A stretch of 64,000 bases of DNA from Mustelus asterias. Lineage: Eukaryota. Where the stretch lies: assembly GCF_964213995.1 (NCBI RefSeq), contig NW_027590150.1, forward strand, positions 372,001 through 436,000. The letters run 5' to 3'. Positions 49,895 through 61,680 of this stretch are shown in pieces. The notes beneath the pieces were generated by a model. The model saw nothing but the letters and a program-made list of their open reading frames with translations, had not been told where the DNA came from and did no database searches. How positions within the stretch are numbered: position 1 is the stretch's first letter; the number at the start of each line of letters is the position of its first letter. Made by a program: the position numbers and the translations under genes.

Positions 49895-50348
49895 GAACTT
49901 GCCGTATGAGGAACGTTTGAGGACTCTGGGTCTGTACTCGATGGAGTTAAGAAGAATGGGGGGGTAGATCTTATTGAAACTTGCAGGATACTGCGAGGGC
50001 TGGATAGAGTGAACATGGAGAGGATGTTTCCCCTCGTAGGAAAAGCTAGAACCAGAGGGCACAACCTCACGCTAAAGGGGTGATCCTTTAAAACAGAGAT
50101 GAGGAAAAATGTCTTCAGCCAGAGAGTGGTGAATCTGTGGAATTCTTTGCCATAGCAGGCTGTGGAGGCCAAGTCATTGAGTGTCTTTAAGATAGAGTTA
50201 GATAGGTTCTTGATTGATAAAGGGATCAGGGGTTATGGGCAAAAGGCAGGAGAATGAAGATCAGAAAAGTATCAGCCATGATTGAATGGCGGAGCAGTCT
50301 CGATGGGCCGAGTGGCCCATTTCTGCTACTATGTCTTATGGTATGGTC
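49895..50348 (+). mobile_element. CR1-clade LINE 3' end
   Basis: YEERLRTLGLYS... coding remnant, 3' UTR hairpin and tail. Confidence 0.85.
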
Positions 50349-52204
50349 TTAATGCTGCATCAGTCCATGTATGTGTTGATTTCATCCTGACTCTGCCTAC
50401 ATTTAATGCGACCAGGTCACTGTTATTAATGCACTAGATTATGCCTCTGTTCGAATTATGGTCGCATTACTCTACGGTTCTGTGAGGAGGAGAGATAATA
50501 CAATACATAAATATGCTGTGCTAAAAACATCTGTATTCAGCAGGATCCTGAAACAGAAACTATTGGATCGACAGTGCATCCAGCGCAGGGTTTGATATCT
50601 ACTTGCAATGCAGTCAGCAGAATTGCATTTCAGATATCACTTCTTCCAGTGCCCAAGACCAGTCTCCATCCCAGAGAGTTGTGTCTGTCGGAGGATGCAG
50701 AGAAATGTGTTCCCCCAGCCACTTTTCACATTATTGCACCTTGTCTAGCGCAGTAATAACTGAGTCCGTGCCCAATATAAAATGAAAGTGGACATAGTGA
50801 AGTGCAGAACGAAGACCGCTTCCAGTTTAGTACAGAGACAGGTCTACATTAATAGAAGCAGAGTCACTGTCGAGCTTTATGTAAACAGAGATATGGTGAC
50901 GTGTAATATAAACAGAGACAGCATCTAGTTTAGTATAAACAGAGAGCACATCTAGTGTAATATGAACAGAGACAGAACGTTCTTTTATATAAACTGACAC
51001 AGAGATTAGTTAATTTAACATCAGCAGACCTGGATCACAGACGAGTGCATTATAGAGACAGGGCCTAGTGTCCCATCAACCATTCCAAGGACAGGTGTAG
51101 CATGTGTTTAGGTACCGAATGTTAAGCTCCCTTCACATTGCAACATTAAACACTCCCAAGGCAGGTGTAGCACGGGATAGATACGAAGTGAATCTCCATC
51201 TCCACTGTCCTAATCATACATTCCCAGAAAATGTAGGCTGTTTAGAAACAGTAAAACTCTCTCTACTCTGTCCATTGAAACAATTGGGTGGCCGGGACAG
51301 GACGAGTTAGATCCAGGGAATGACCAATATACATTTTGGAGAAAAGCTCCCTCGATACATTCCAATTAATTGAACTAGACCCATTTAGTTAGAAGCCTAT
51401 TGATATGGCTGAGAGAATACATTAGCTGGAGTTTGACTTGATGTTGTTGACAATGACCTGTCGTGGAGAGACAAAACAAGACACAGAATCAGATAGCAGA
51501 AAAACAGAGAGAAAAAGCACAAGAAATCTCCACAAATATATTTGCCGTGGCATTATATTTCGAGATTGGAGGGAATCTTTCCTACTTTTGAATACAGAGA
51601 TGATCATAGCCTTTTTTGCACATATAGCCGATGAAGAAAAATGTCCAAAAAACATTCACGACTGGAATCCGTTGATTTATATGCATGTTTGTCTATTTCT
51701 GTGCTGTGTTGATGGGGAAATTTTTGTTGTCTTTTTCTCAATCAATAAATTTATTCTAGGATTGCTACTTCTCTGTTTACTTACACAAACACCTCACTGG
51801 TTAGAATGAAGTATCACGGCAGCAAAACCAGATAAACAGTCACTTATTGATTCGTTTCAACTCAAAATAACGGTTTAATTTAAGTATATTGACAATTGGT
51901 TCAAAATGAATAGAAACTTTGTGAATACCCATTAGAACAGATGCTATTTAATTCAAATAAAGAGATACATTCTAATCAAAAATTTGTTCAGAGTATTCTG
52001 ATGTCACAATAAATGAAACATAGTTGAACAGGCTGGTATTCCACCGAATGTCAATTTGATTGATGATTTAATCTACTTAAACTGGACAAGTTAAGACATC
52101 AGGCAGCGGAATGAATACAATCACATTAATCTCAGAGCTCTCAACATATCAAATCTTGCATTTTCTAATGTTAATATTTAGAAAGAACTTGCATTGAGTT
52201 TATG

Positions 52205-52566
52205 GAAACATAGAAGCCCGACAGTGCAGAAGGTGGCCATTCAGCCCGTCGAGTCTGCACCGACAAAAATCCCATGCAGGCCCTATCCCCGCAACCCAAC
52301 ATATTTACCCTGTTAATCTCGCTCACCTGCATATCCTGGGGCACTAAGGGGCAATTTAGCATGGCCTATCAACCTAACCCGTACATCTTTGCACTGTGGG
52401 AGGAAACCGGAGCACCGGAGGAAACCCTCGCAGACATGTGGAAGAATGTGCGAGCTCCACACAGACAGTGACCCAAGCCGGGAATCGAACCACGGCTCTA
52501 GAGATGTAAGGCAGCAGTGCTAACCACTGTGCCACAGTGCTGCCTCACTGTGCCACCGTGTCGCCC
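52205..52566 (-). mobile_element. HE1-like SINE with duplicated 5' end
   Basis: Full head, core and tail; CACTGTGCCAC occurs twice at ~52525-52556. Confidence 0.8.
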
Positions 52567-53164
52567 ACGTTTTTATAACGGTTTCCCCGACCTCAGGTCG
52601 CCCCAAAGCATTTAAAACTCTCTGATGTATTTTCGCTTAATTTATTCACTACTTGGGAATACAGCAAATATCTGGGGCACAGCAGCCTCCCACAAACCGA
52701 GATGTGATAAAGGAACAGCAATTTTGTGATTTTAGTTGAAGAATGAATGGCCCAGGATACTGGGGAGAACAGCCCTGTTCTACAGAATTATATCATCGAG
52801 ATTTTGCATTCTGCCATCGGCCTGAAATGAGAATCCGTTTCACTCTCTGCTGATACCCACTGATCAACCGTTTTTGTTGTTTTTCTGTCAGATTTCTGGA
52901 ACCGCACTGTGTGCACTGTTTTATTCATTCTCTGGATATGGGCATCACTGACAAAGTCAGCATTAATTGCCCATCCTGAGAAGGCTGACCTGAGCCACCT
53001 TTTTGAAAATAATTGCCCACTGGTCGATTTTATTTGTGTTTGAATTTCTGCAGCAGCTTTGAAACACCTGAATGGCTATTTCGGAAATCTCAGAGGCATT
53101 TAAGTGACAGCTTCATCACTGTGGAACTGGAGTCACATGTAGGACAGACAGGGTAAACACACTC

Positions 53165-53475
53165 TTTTTTATTCATTCGTGGGACTTGGGCGTCACTGGC
53201 TGACGAGCATTCTTTGCCCATCCTTAGTTGCACTTGGAGGGCAGTTGAGAGTCAACCACATTGCTGTGCCTCTGGAGTCACATGTAGGTCAGACAAGTTA
53301 AGGACGGTAGATTTCTTTCCCTCAAGGGGCATTAGCGAATCAGATGGGTTTTTGCAAAAATTAACAATGGTCTCAGTCATCAATAGATTCTTAGTTCCAG
53401 ATATTTTTTATTGAATTCAAATTCCACGATCTGCCGTGGTGGGATTTGAACCCAGGTCCTCAGAACATTAGCTGA
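53165..53475 (-). mobile_element. Second SINE type (DeuSINE/SacSINE-like)
   Basis: Reverse copy of the same core. Confidence 0.68.
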
Positions 53476-53861
53476 ACATTAGGTAGATAGAAACTAGGAG
53501 TCGAAGTCGGCCATTCGAACCTGATCCGTCATTCATCATGATCATGGATAGTTTTCTATCTCCAGGCCACATTGTTGCATTCTGTCCACACCCCTCGATA
53601 GCATTAAAATTTAATCACAAATCTATTTTTTTCTTGAATATATGCAGCGACATGGCATCCACAGTCATCTGTGCGAGATCACTCCGCAGGTTCACTAGCC
53701 TCTGAAGTGAAGAGCGCTTTCCCCATTTATATCCTAAATTGGCTACCCTGTGTCTTGAAACTGCATCCCTGGTTTGAGACTCCCTAACCAGCGAAAACAT
53801 CTTTCCTTCATCTAGCCTGTCCAGTCCTGTTATACTTTATTCATTCATAATGTATATTTAT

Positions 53862-54145
53862 TATTTGTGTCACCGGTAGGCATACATTAATACTGCAATG
53901 AAGTTACTGTGAAAATGCCCTACTGTCACACTCCAGCCCCTACTCAGGTGCGCTGAGCGAAAATTTAGCATGGTCAACGCACCTAACCAACACGTCTTTC
54001 AGACTGTTGGAGGAAACTGCAGCACCCGAAGGAAACCCATGCAGACACGGGGAGAATGCAGACTCTGCACAGACAGTGGCCCAAGCTGGGAATCATATCC
54101 GAGTCCCTGGCGCTATGAGGCCCGCCACTATGCCACTGTGCCACC
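53862..54145 (-). mobile_element. HE1-like SINE
   Basis: Family similarity to 30192-30487. Confidence 0.75.
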
Positions 54146-54233
54146 CTCGTTTTATATGTTTTATACGTTTCAGTCACAATTTTATATGTTTCGATCAGAT
54201 GCCCTCTCATCCTTCTAAATTCAAGTGAATACA

Positions 54234-54358
54234 TGAGGTGGAAATACCAGCGTTGGAATGGGGTGAACACAGTAAGTCGTCTCACAACACCAGGTTAAAG
54301 TCCAACAGGTTTATTTGGAATCACGAGCTTTCAGAGCACCGCTCCTTCATCAGGTGAG
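54234..54358 (-). mobile_element. Short Penelope-like insertion with a 13-bp TSD
   Basis: TCAAGTGAATACA at 54221-54233 and 54359-54371; inserted in a CR1 remnant. Confidence 0.85.
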
Positions 54359-54360
54359 TC
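54318..54360 (-). ncRNA. Minimal type I hammerhead ribozyme motif
   Basis: GACTCAC-CTGATGA-A-GGAGC-GGT-GCTCT-GAAA-GC-TC-GTGATTC: stem I, core, stem II, palindromic AGCT in place of stem III, and UH site. Confidence 0.72.
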
Positions 54361-54842
54361 AAGTGAATACAGGCCCAGTCGAATCAACCTAACCTCCTAG
54401 GACAGTCCCACCAATTCCGGTATCAGTTGTAGTGCCCACAGACCCTTTCTTATTTTCCGAGATCAGAACTACACGCACTACACGGGGCATGGTCCTAGGA
54501 AGGCCCGGCATAACTGCAGTAAGGCTTCCGTAATTCTGAACTCAAATCTTCGTGCAGAGAAGGCCTTCCTAATTGCTTGCTGTGCATGCCTCTCCAATTT
54601 TATTGACTGGTGTACAAGGACACGCAGATCCATTTCTACGTCACACTTCCAAATATATGTTGCGTTCTGCTTTACACACCAGTATATAACTGCACATTTA
54701 GTCACCCTGTACTGCATCTGCCACGTGTTCACCCATTCACTCAACTTGTCCAGATCCTCCACACAGCTCACAATTACGCCCAGTTATATATCGCCAACCC
54801 TTTTGAAAATGTTACATTTGATTCCCTCATCCAGATCCCACA

Positions 54843-55120
54843 GTTGTACAGTGCGAGGGACCTGGGTTCGATTCCCAGCTTGGGTCACTGTCTGTACGAA
54901 GCCTGCACATTCTCCCCGTGTCTATATGGATTTCTTCTGGGTGCTCCGGTTTCCTCCCACAGTCTGAAAGATGTTCTGGCTATGTGCATTAGCTACGCCA
55001 TGCTAAATTCTCCCTCAGTGTACCCGAACAGGCGCTGGAATATGGCGACTCGGGGATTTTCACAGTAACTTCATTGCAGTGTTAACGTAAGCCGACTTGT
55101 GACGAATTAATAAATTAAAA
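54843..55120 (+). mobile_element. HE1-like SINE
   Basis: B-box GGTTCGATTCCC, core and tail. Confidence 0.78.
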
Positions 55121-57379
55121 AAGTTGGGATCTGGGGTACCCCACGAGTCGCTGACTCCCACTCGGAAAATGACCCATTTATTTCCACTCTCTTGTTTCTT
55201 ATCTGTCAATGAATTCCATACCTATGCCAATACATTAACTCCATTTCACGCGCTTTAATTTGGCCTCCTGATATTTTATGAAGAAGCATCTCAAATGTCT
55301 TCTTGAAGTGCAAATACACCATGTACACTGGTCCCACCTTGCCTATCCCATTATTTGCATCTTCAAAGAACGCAAGTAGGTTTGTTAAGAATGACGTCTT
55401 TATTAAGCCCGTGCTGGGTTCATCAAATTCCGTTAATGCTTTCCACATGTTTTGCTATCATGTCTTTTATAAGTTTCTAACATCTTCGATGATACTAAAG
55501 TCAGGCTGTAATTCATCATTTTTACTCTCCCTTCCTTTGTGTACATTGAGGTTACATTTGTCACTCTCCAATCTGTAGGAACTGTTCCAGAGTTTATAGA
55601 AGATTGGAAGGTGACCACCAATGTATCCAATATTTTCAGGGCCATTTCCTTTCATACTCTGGGATGTAGATTATCAGGCCCTAGTGATTGATCAGCATTT
55701 AACCCGATTAATTTCCCCAGTACGATTTTCGTACTAATATTGGTTTTCAACAATGCCGCCTTCCAACTAGCCCCTTGGTTCCCTAACATTTCTGGGAGGA
55801 TATGTGTGTCCTCTTTTGTGAAGGTGGTGTAAAACTTTGTGTTCTATTCACCCAACATTTCTTTGTTCCCCATTATAGTTTCCCTGGATTCTGACTGTAA
55901 GGTACTACATTTGTCTTTACTAATCTTTGTCTCTTCAGATATTCATAGAAGCTTTTGCAATTAGTTTCTATGTTCCCTGCTATTTTACTCTCATACTCTA
56001 TTTCCCCCCCCCCCCCCCCCCCCCCCGATCATTTGGTCTTCTTTTGTTGAATTCTAAAACGGTCCTAAACCTCAGGTTTGTTGCTTCTTCTGGTAATTTT
56101 ATATATCTTAGAACTAAGAAGTAAAATTTCCTCTCCTGAAAGACATTCGAGAAGAAGATGAGCTTTGGCGACATAAGATTTTCACAGTAACTTCATTACA
56201 TAGTGAATGTAAGCCTACTTGTGACGAATAAATACACTTTAAACCTTTAAACTTTAAATACACATGATGTTTGTTTCAGCATAATCAATTAAGTGAATTG
56301 AAATTCTCAGCTGCCAGGGTGGAATTGGAACTCCTGTCCCCAGAGCATTACTTCAAGCTTCTGGAATGCTAGCTTAAAAATGATATTGCTATACCACCCC
56401 TTAGACTGAAATATCATCACAACTAATAATTGAATAACTGAACATTCAGCACTGGGTCACAGGTTGGATCACGAGCTCAGGTGTCTGTTGTGGGAATTGA
56501 ACACATTACCGTTTGACTCAAAACTTATGCGGATTCCACTGAGATTAGACTGTTAACTGGTCATAATTGGACATTCAGCTCAGTGTGCCCACAGTCTGAA
56601 ATCTGTGTCCAATAATACACTATACAAAGTTTATTTATTACTCACAAGTAAGGCTTACATTAACACTGCAATTACGTTACTGTGAAATTTCTCTAGTCGC
56701 CACAGTCCAGCGGCTGTTCGGGTCAATGCACCTAAACAGCGCGTATTTCCGAATGTGGGAGGAAAATTGAGTAACCGAAGGAAACCCACGCAGACACGTA
56801 GGTTACATTTATAGAATAAATTCATTTGTAATGAATTTGTAGTTTGTAATTTGAAATTTCCAAATTTGGAATTTGGAATTTGTAATGGCCTAGTGTAGCA
56901 GAACGAGAGAAATGACCGAATGTAGTATGAATTTATGCTACATTCGGTCATTTCTCTCGTTATACTACACTCGTTATGAGGCCATCCCTCTATTTATGCT
57001 GCATTAGGTCCTCTCAATTAGTACGAGAGTAGACCACGGATCTGTTTCTATTACATTTGATCCCATCTCTTTTTATATTACACAGATTTTTTCTCTTTAC
57101 ATTACATCAGAGACTGTCTCTGTTAATTCAACATACGACTATGTATATGTTGTTGGCATTTAATTGTCAGAAGCAAGTCTTCTCCCAGCCTGGAATCTTA
57201 TGCTGACATAATGACAATGATTAATGGGATTCCATCCAAAAGTTCCATCAATTCCTAAAATGACATCGGGAAGCACGCGAGGTAGAAGGTCATATCGATC
57301 TTGACGTTAATCATGCATGAGCTGCACTATCAGAACAGCTGAAAGCTGAGTTTGGTTCCCTTAGAGCTGAGCAGTTTAC

Positions 57380-57810
57380 AAAGAACAAATAAAGAACAAA
57401 GAAAAATACAGCATAGGAACAGGCCCTACGGCCCTCCAAGTCTGCACCGATCATGTGTTCCTAACTAGACCATCCGTTTGTATCCCTCTATTCCCCGTCT
57501 GTTCATGTGGCTATCTAGATAAGTCTTAAATGATCCTAGCGTGTCTGTCTCAACCACCTTGCTTGGTAGTGCATCCCAGGCCCCCACCACCCTCTGTGTA
57601 AAAAACGTCCCCTGCATATCTGTATTGAACCTTGTCCCCTTACCTTGAACTTGTGACCCCTTGTGTTTGTCATTTCTGACCTGGGAAAAAGCTTCCAACT
57701 GTTCACCCTATCTATGCCCTTCATAATTTTATAAACTTCTATTAGGTCGCCCCTCAACCTCCGTCTTTCCAGGGAGAACAACCCTAGTTTACTCAATCTC
57801 ACCTCATCGC
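57380..57810 (-). mobile_element. CR1-clade LINE 3' end
   Basis: LGLFSLERRRLRGDLIEVYKIM motif and (AAAGAAC)n tail. Confidence 0.88.
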
Positions 57811-57811
57811 T

Positions 57812-60800
57812 ACATAAGAACATAAGAACATAAGAAATAGGAGTAGGAGTCGGCCATCTAGCCCCTCAAGCCTGCTCCGCCATTCAATGAGATCATGGCT
57901 GATCTGGTAGTGGGTTCAGTTCCACTTACCCGCCCGCTCCCCATAACCCTTAATTCCCTTAATGGTTAAAAATCTATCTATCTGTGACTTAAACACATTT
58001 AACGAGGTAGCCTCTACTGCTTCATTGGGCAGAGAATTCCAAAGATTCACTACCCTCTGGGAGAAGAAGTTCCTCCTCAACTCTGTTCTAAATTGACTCC
58101 CCCGTATTTTGAGGCTATGCCCCCTAGTTCTTGTTTCCTTAATAAGTGGAAATAACCTCGCTGCTTCTACCCTGTCTCGCCCCTTCATTATCTTATATGT
58201 CTCTATAAGATCTCCCCTCAACCTTCTAAACTCCAATGAGTACAGGCCCAGTCTACTCAATCTCTCTTCATAAGCTAACCCCCTCATCTCCGGAATCAAC
58301 CTGGTGAACCTTCTCTGTACCCCCGCCAAAGCTAATATATCATTTCTTAAATAAGGGGACGAAAGTTGTACACAGTATTCTAGGTCCTGCCTCACCAGTA
58401 CCCTATACAGCTGCAGCACGACCTCCCTGCTTTTATACTTCATCCCTCTCACGATAAAGGCCAACATTCCATTTGCCTTCTTGATTACCTGCTGCACCTG
58501 TAAACTGAGTTTTTGTGATTCATGCACAAGAACCCCAGGTCCCTCTGCACAGTACCATGTTGTAATTTTTCACCGTTTAAATAAAAGTCAATTTTACTAT
58601 TATTCCTTCCAAAGTGGATAACCTCACACTTACCAACGTTATACTCCATCTGCCAGATCCTTGCCCACTCACTTAACCTATCCAAATCTCTCTGCAGACT
58701 CTCTGTGTCCTCCACGCAATTTGCTTTCCCACTCATCTTTGTGTCATCCGCAAACTTTGTTACCCTACACTCGGTCCCCTCCTCCAGATCGTCTATGTAT
58801 ATGGTAAATAGTTGAGGCCCCAGCACCAATCCATGCGGCACGCCACTAGTCACTGATTGCCAACCGGAAAAGCACCAATTTATTCCGACTCTCTGCTTTC
58901 TGTTAGATAGCCAATCCTCAATCCACACTAATACTTTACCCCCAACTCCGTGTACCTTTATCTTACGCAGCAACCTTTTGTGAGGCACCTTATCGAATGC
59001 CTTCTGGAAATCTAAATACACCACATCCACCGGTTCCCCTCTGTCAACCGCACTCATTATATCCTCAACAAATTCCAGTAAAGTAGTCAAACATGACTTT
59101 CCCTTCATGAATCCATGCTGCGTCTGCTTGATTAAACCATTCTTTTCCAGTTGTCCTGCTATTTCTTCCTTAATGATAGATTCCAGCATTTTCCCAACTC
59201 CGGATGTTAAGCTAACCAGCCTGTAGTTACCTGTCTTTTGTCTACCTCCTTTTTTAAACAGTGGCGTTGCATTAGCTGTTTTCCAATCAGCTGGCACCTC
59301 CCCAGAGTCCAGTGAATTTTGATAACTTACAACTAATGCATTTGCTATTTCTTCTGCCGTTTCTTTTAGTACCCTGGGATGCATTCCATCTGGACCAGGG
59401 GACTTGTGTACCTTTAGTCCCATTAGCCGACCCAGCACTACCTCTTTAGTAATAGTGATCGTTTTAAGGTCCTCACACCCTACAGTCCCATGACCATCAA
59501 TTATTGGTAAGCTATTTGTGTCCTCCACTGTGAAGACCGACACAAAAACCTTGTTTAAGGCCTCGGCCATTTCCTCGTTTCCTATTATTAAATCCCCCTT
59601 CTCATCTTCTAAGGGACCAACATTTACTTTCGCCACTCTTTTCCGTTTTATATGTTTGTAAAAACTTTTACTATCAGTTTTTATATTTTGTGCCAGTTTA
59701 CTTTCATAATCTATCTTTCCTTTCTTTATTGCTTTCTTGGTAGCTTTTTGTTGTTTTTTAAAGCTTTCCCAATTTTCTAGTTCGCCACTAATTTTGGCCT
59801 CTCTGTATGCATTTGTTTTTAATTTGATACTCTCCTTTATTTCCTTGGTTATCCATGGCTGGTTATCCCTTTTCTTACATTCCTTCTTTTTCACTGGAAT
59901 ATATTTTTGCTGAGTCCTGAGAAAAATCTCCGTAAACATCCTCCACTGTTCCTCAACTGTCCCTCCAATTAGTCTGTGTTCCCAGGCTACATTAGCCAAC
60001 TCCGCCCTCATCCTTTTGTAATCCCCCTTGTTCAAGCAGAGGACACTGGTTTGGGACGCTACTTTCTCACCCTCCACCTGTATTAGAAATTCAACCATAT
60101 TGTGATCACTCATTCCAAGAGGATCCCTCACAAGGAGATCATTAATTTTACCTGTCTCATTACACAGGACCAGATCCAAGATAGCTTGCCCTCTTTTTAG
60201 GTCAAACCAAATAAACAAACTTAGATTAAGTCAGGACAAAGTAAAAGGGGCAGCTCCCCAAAAGGCGGGGGGGGGGGGGGGCGAGGAACAGCCAGAACAG
60301 AAATCAAAGTACAAAGGAAACTTAAAAAACATCAAATTAAAATGTGATTATTAGGGTCGATAACGCACCCCAACCCCTGCGGTGTCCAGCGGGCGCGGAA
60401 GGCATCAACCATGCCCGTGGACACCGCATGCTCCCTCTCCAGGGACACCCGGCCGCGAACGTAGCCACGGTAGAGGGGAAGACAGTCAGGATGGACGGCC
60501 CCCTCGATCGCCCGCTGCCTGGACCGATAAATGGCGCGTTCCGCCAGGCCCAGGAGCAGGTTCACGAGGAGGTCGCCATCCCGACACTCCCCTCTCCGCA
60601 CCGGGTGTCCGTAGATCAGGAGTGTGGGACTGAAGTGCAAACAGAACATCAATAAAAGGTTCTTTAGGAAAACATAAAGGGAGTGCAGCCGAAGACACAC
60701 AACATAGACATGGTCCACGGACTCCACAAGGCCACAGAAAGGGCAGTCTTCGGATCCCGTGAACCAGTGAATCCTACGGTTGTGCGGCACTGCTGCATGC

Positions 60801-60985
60801 ATCACCCTCCACCCCAGGTCCAAGATAGCTTGCTCCCTCAAAGGTTCTGTAACACACTGTTCGAGGAAACTATCGCGACAGCATTCTAAGAACCGCGTCC
60901 GACTTGAGTTGACCAATCAATATGGAGGGTAAAATCCCCCATGATTATTGCTGTTCCATTTTTACATGCATCTGTTATTTGTTTA
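57812..60985 (-). mobile_element. Long CR1-clade LINE ORF2 (EN-RT), frameshifted and interrupted by a Tx1-like fragment
   Basis: ORFs 58485-60218 and 57916-58527; endonuclease part (IIMGDF, FLEQ) resumes at 60814-60985; (ACATAAGA)n tail at ~57812. Confidence 0.93.
60194..60813 (-). mobile_element. 3' end of a Tx1/L1-clade LINE
   Basis: CPFCGLVESVDHVYVVC zinc knuckle typical of the L1/Tx1 ORF2 C-terminus; flanked by a ~20-bp duplication at 60170-60189 and 60814-60833. Confidence 0.82.
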
Positions 60986-61680
60986 ATACCCTCCATACCA
61001 GGCAACATCTTGGTAAACCTATTCTGCACTCTCTCCAAGTCCTTCTGATAGTGTGGCGACCAGAACTGGACGCAGAATTCCAAATGTGGCCCAACCAACG
61101 TTCTATATAACTGCAGCATCACATGCCAACTTCTGTACTCTATGCCCCGTCCAATAAAGACAAGCATGCCATATGCCTTCTTCGCCACCTTTTCCACCTG
61201 TGCTGCCACCTTTAAGGATCTGTGGACTTGCACACCCAGATCCCTCTGTGTGTCTATACTCCTGATGGTTCTGCCATTTATTGTATAGCTCCCCCCAGCA
61301 TTAGATCTACCGAAATGAATCACTTCACATTTATCTGGATTAACTTCCATCTGCCATTTCTCCGCCCCATTTTCCAGCCTATCTATATCCTGCTATATTC
61401 TCTGACAATGTTCATCACTGTCCGCAACTCCAGCAATCTTTGTGTCGTCCGCAAACTTACTAATCAGACCAGCAACATCTTCTTCCAAGTCATTTATATA
61501 TATCACAAACAGCAGAGGTCCCAGTACAGAGCCCTGCGGAACACCACTAGTCACAGACCTCCAATCAGAAAAAGACCCCTCCACTGCTACCCTCTGCCTT
61601 CTATGGCCAAGCCATTTCTGTACCCATCTAGCTAGTTCACCTTTGATCCCGTGTTCACCTTTGATCCCAATCTTTATGGG
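60985..61680 (-). mobile_element. CR1-clade RT internal fragment
   Basis: [10 protein letters not shown] and KFADD motifs in ORFs 61393-61749 and 60886-61350. Confidence 0.88.

Larger units (their letters stand above)
39096..53160 (+). repeat. Diverged tandem segmental duplicate of ~24350-39090
   Basis: Collinear matches by eye, e.g. 25560-25920/41170-41530, 26190-26500/41800-42120, 28600-28960/43090-43460, 33100-33700/50440-50970, 34520-35230/51400-52090, 38620-39085/52690-53155. Confidence 0.9.
53485..56110 (-). mobile_element. Old CR1-like LINE, fragmented by SINE and Penelope-like insertions
   Basis: Successive decayed ORF2 pieces (VPTDWRVTNVT, FLTNLLAFFE, WQMQY, LEFRRMRG). Confidence 0.8.

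Noticed and set aside
60332-61350. Novel fusion proteins in ORFs 60332-60916 and 60886-61350
   Set aside because: Chance in-frame junctions between nested LINE fragments.
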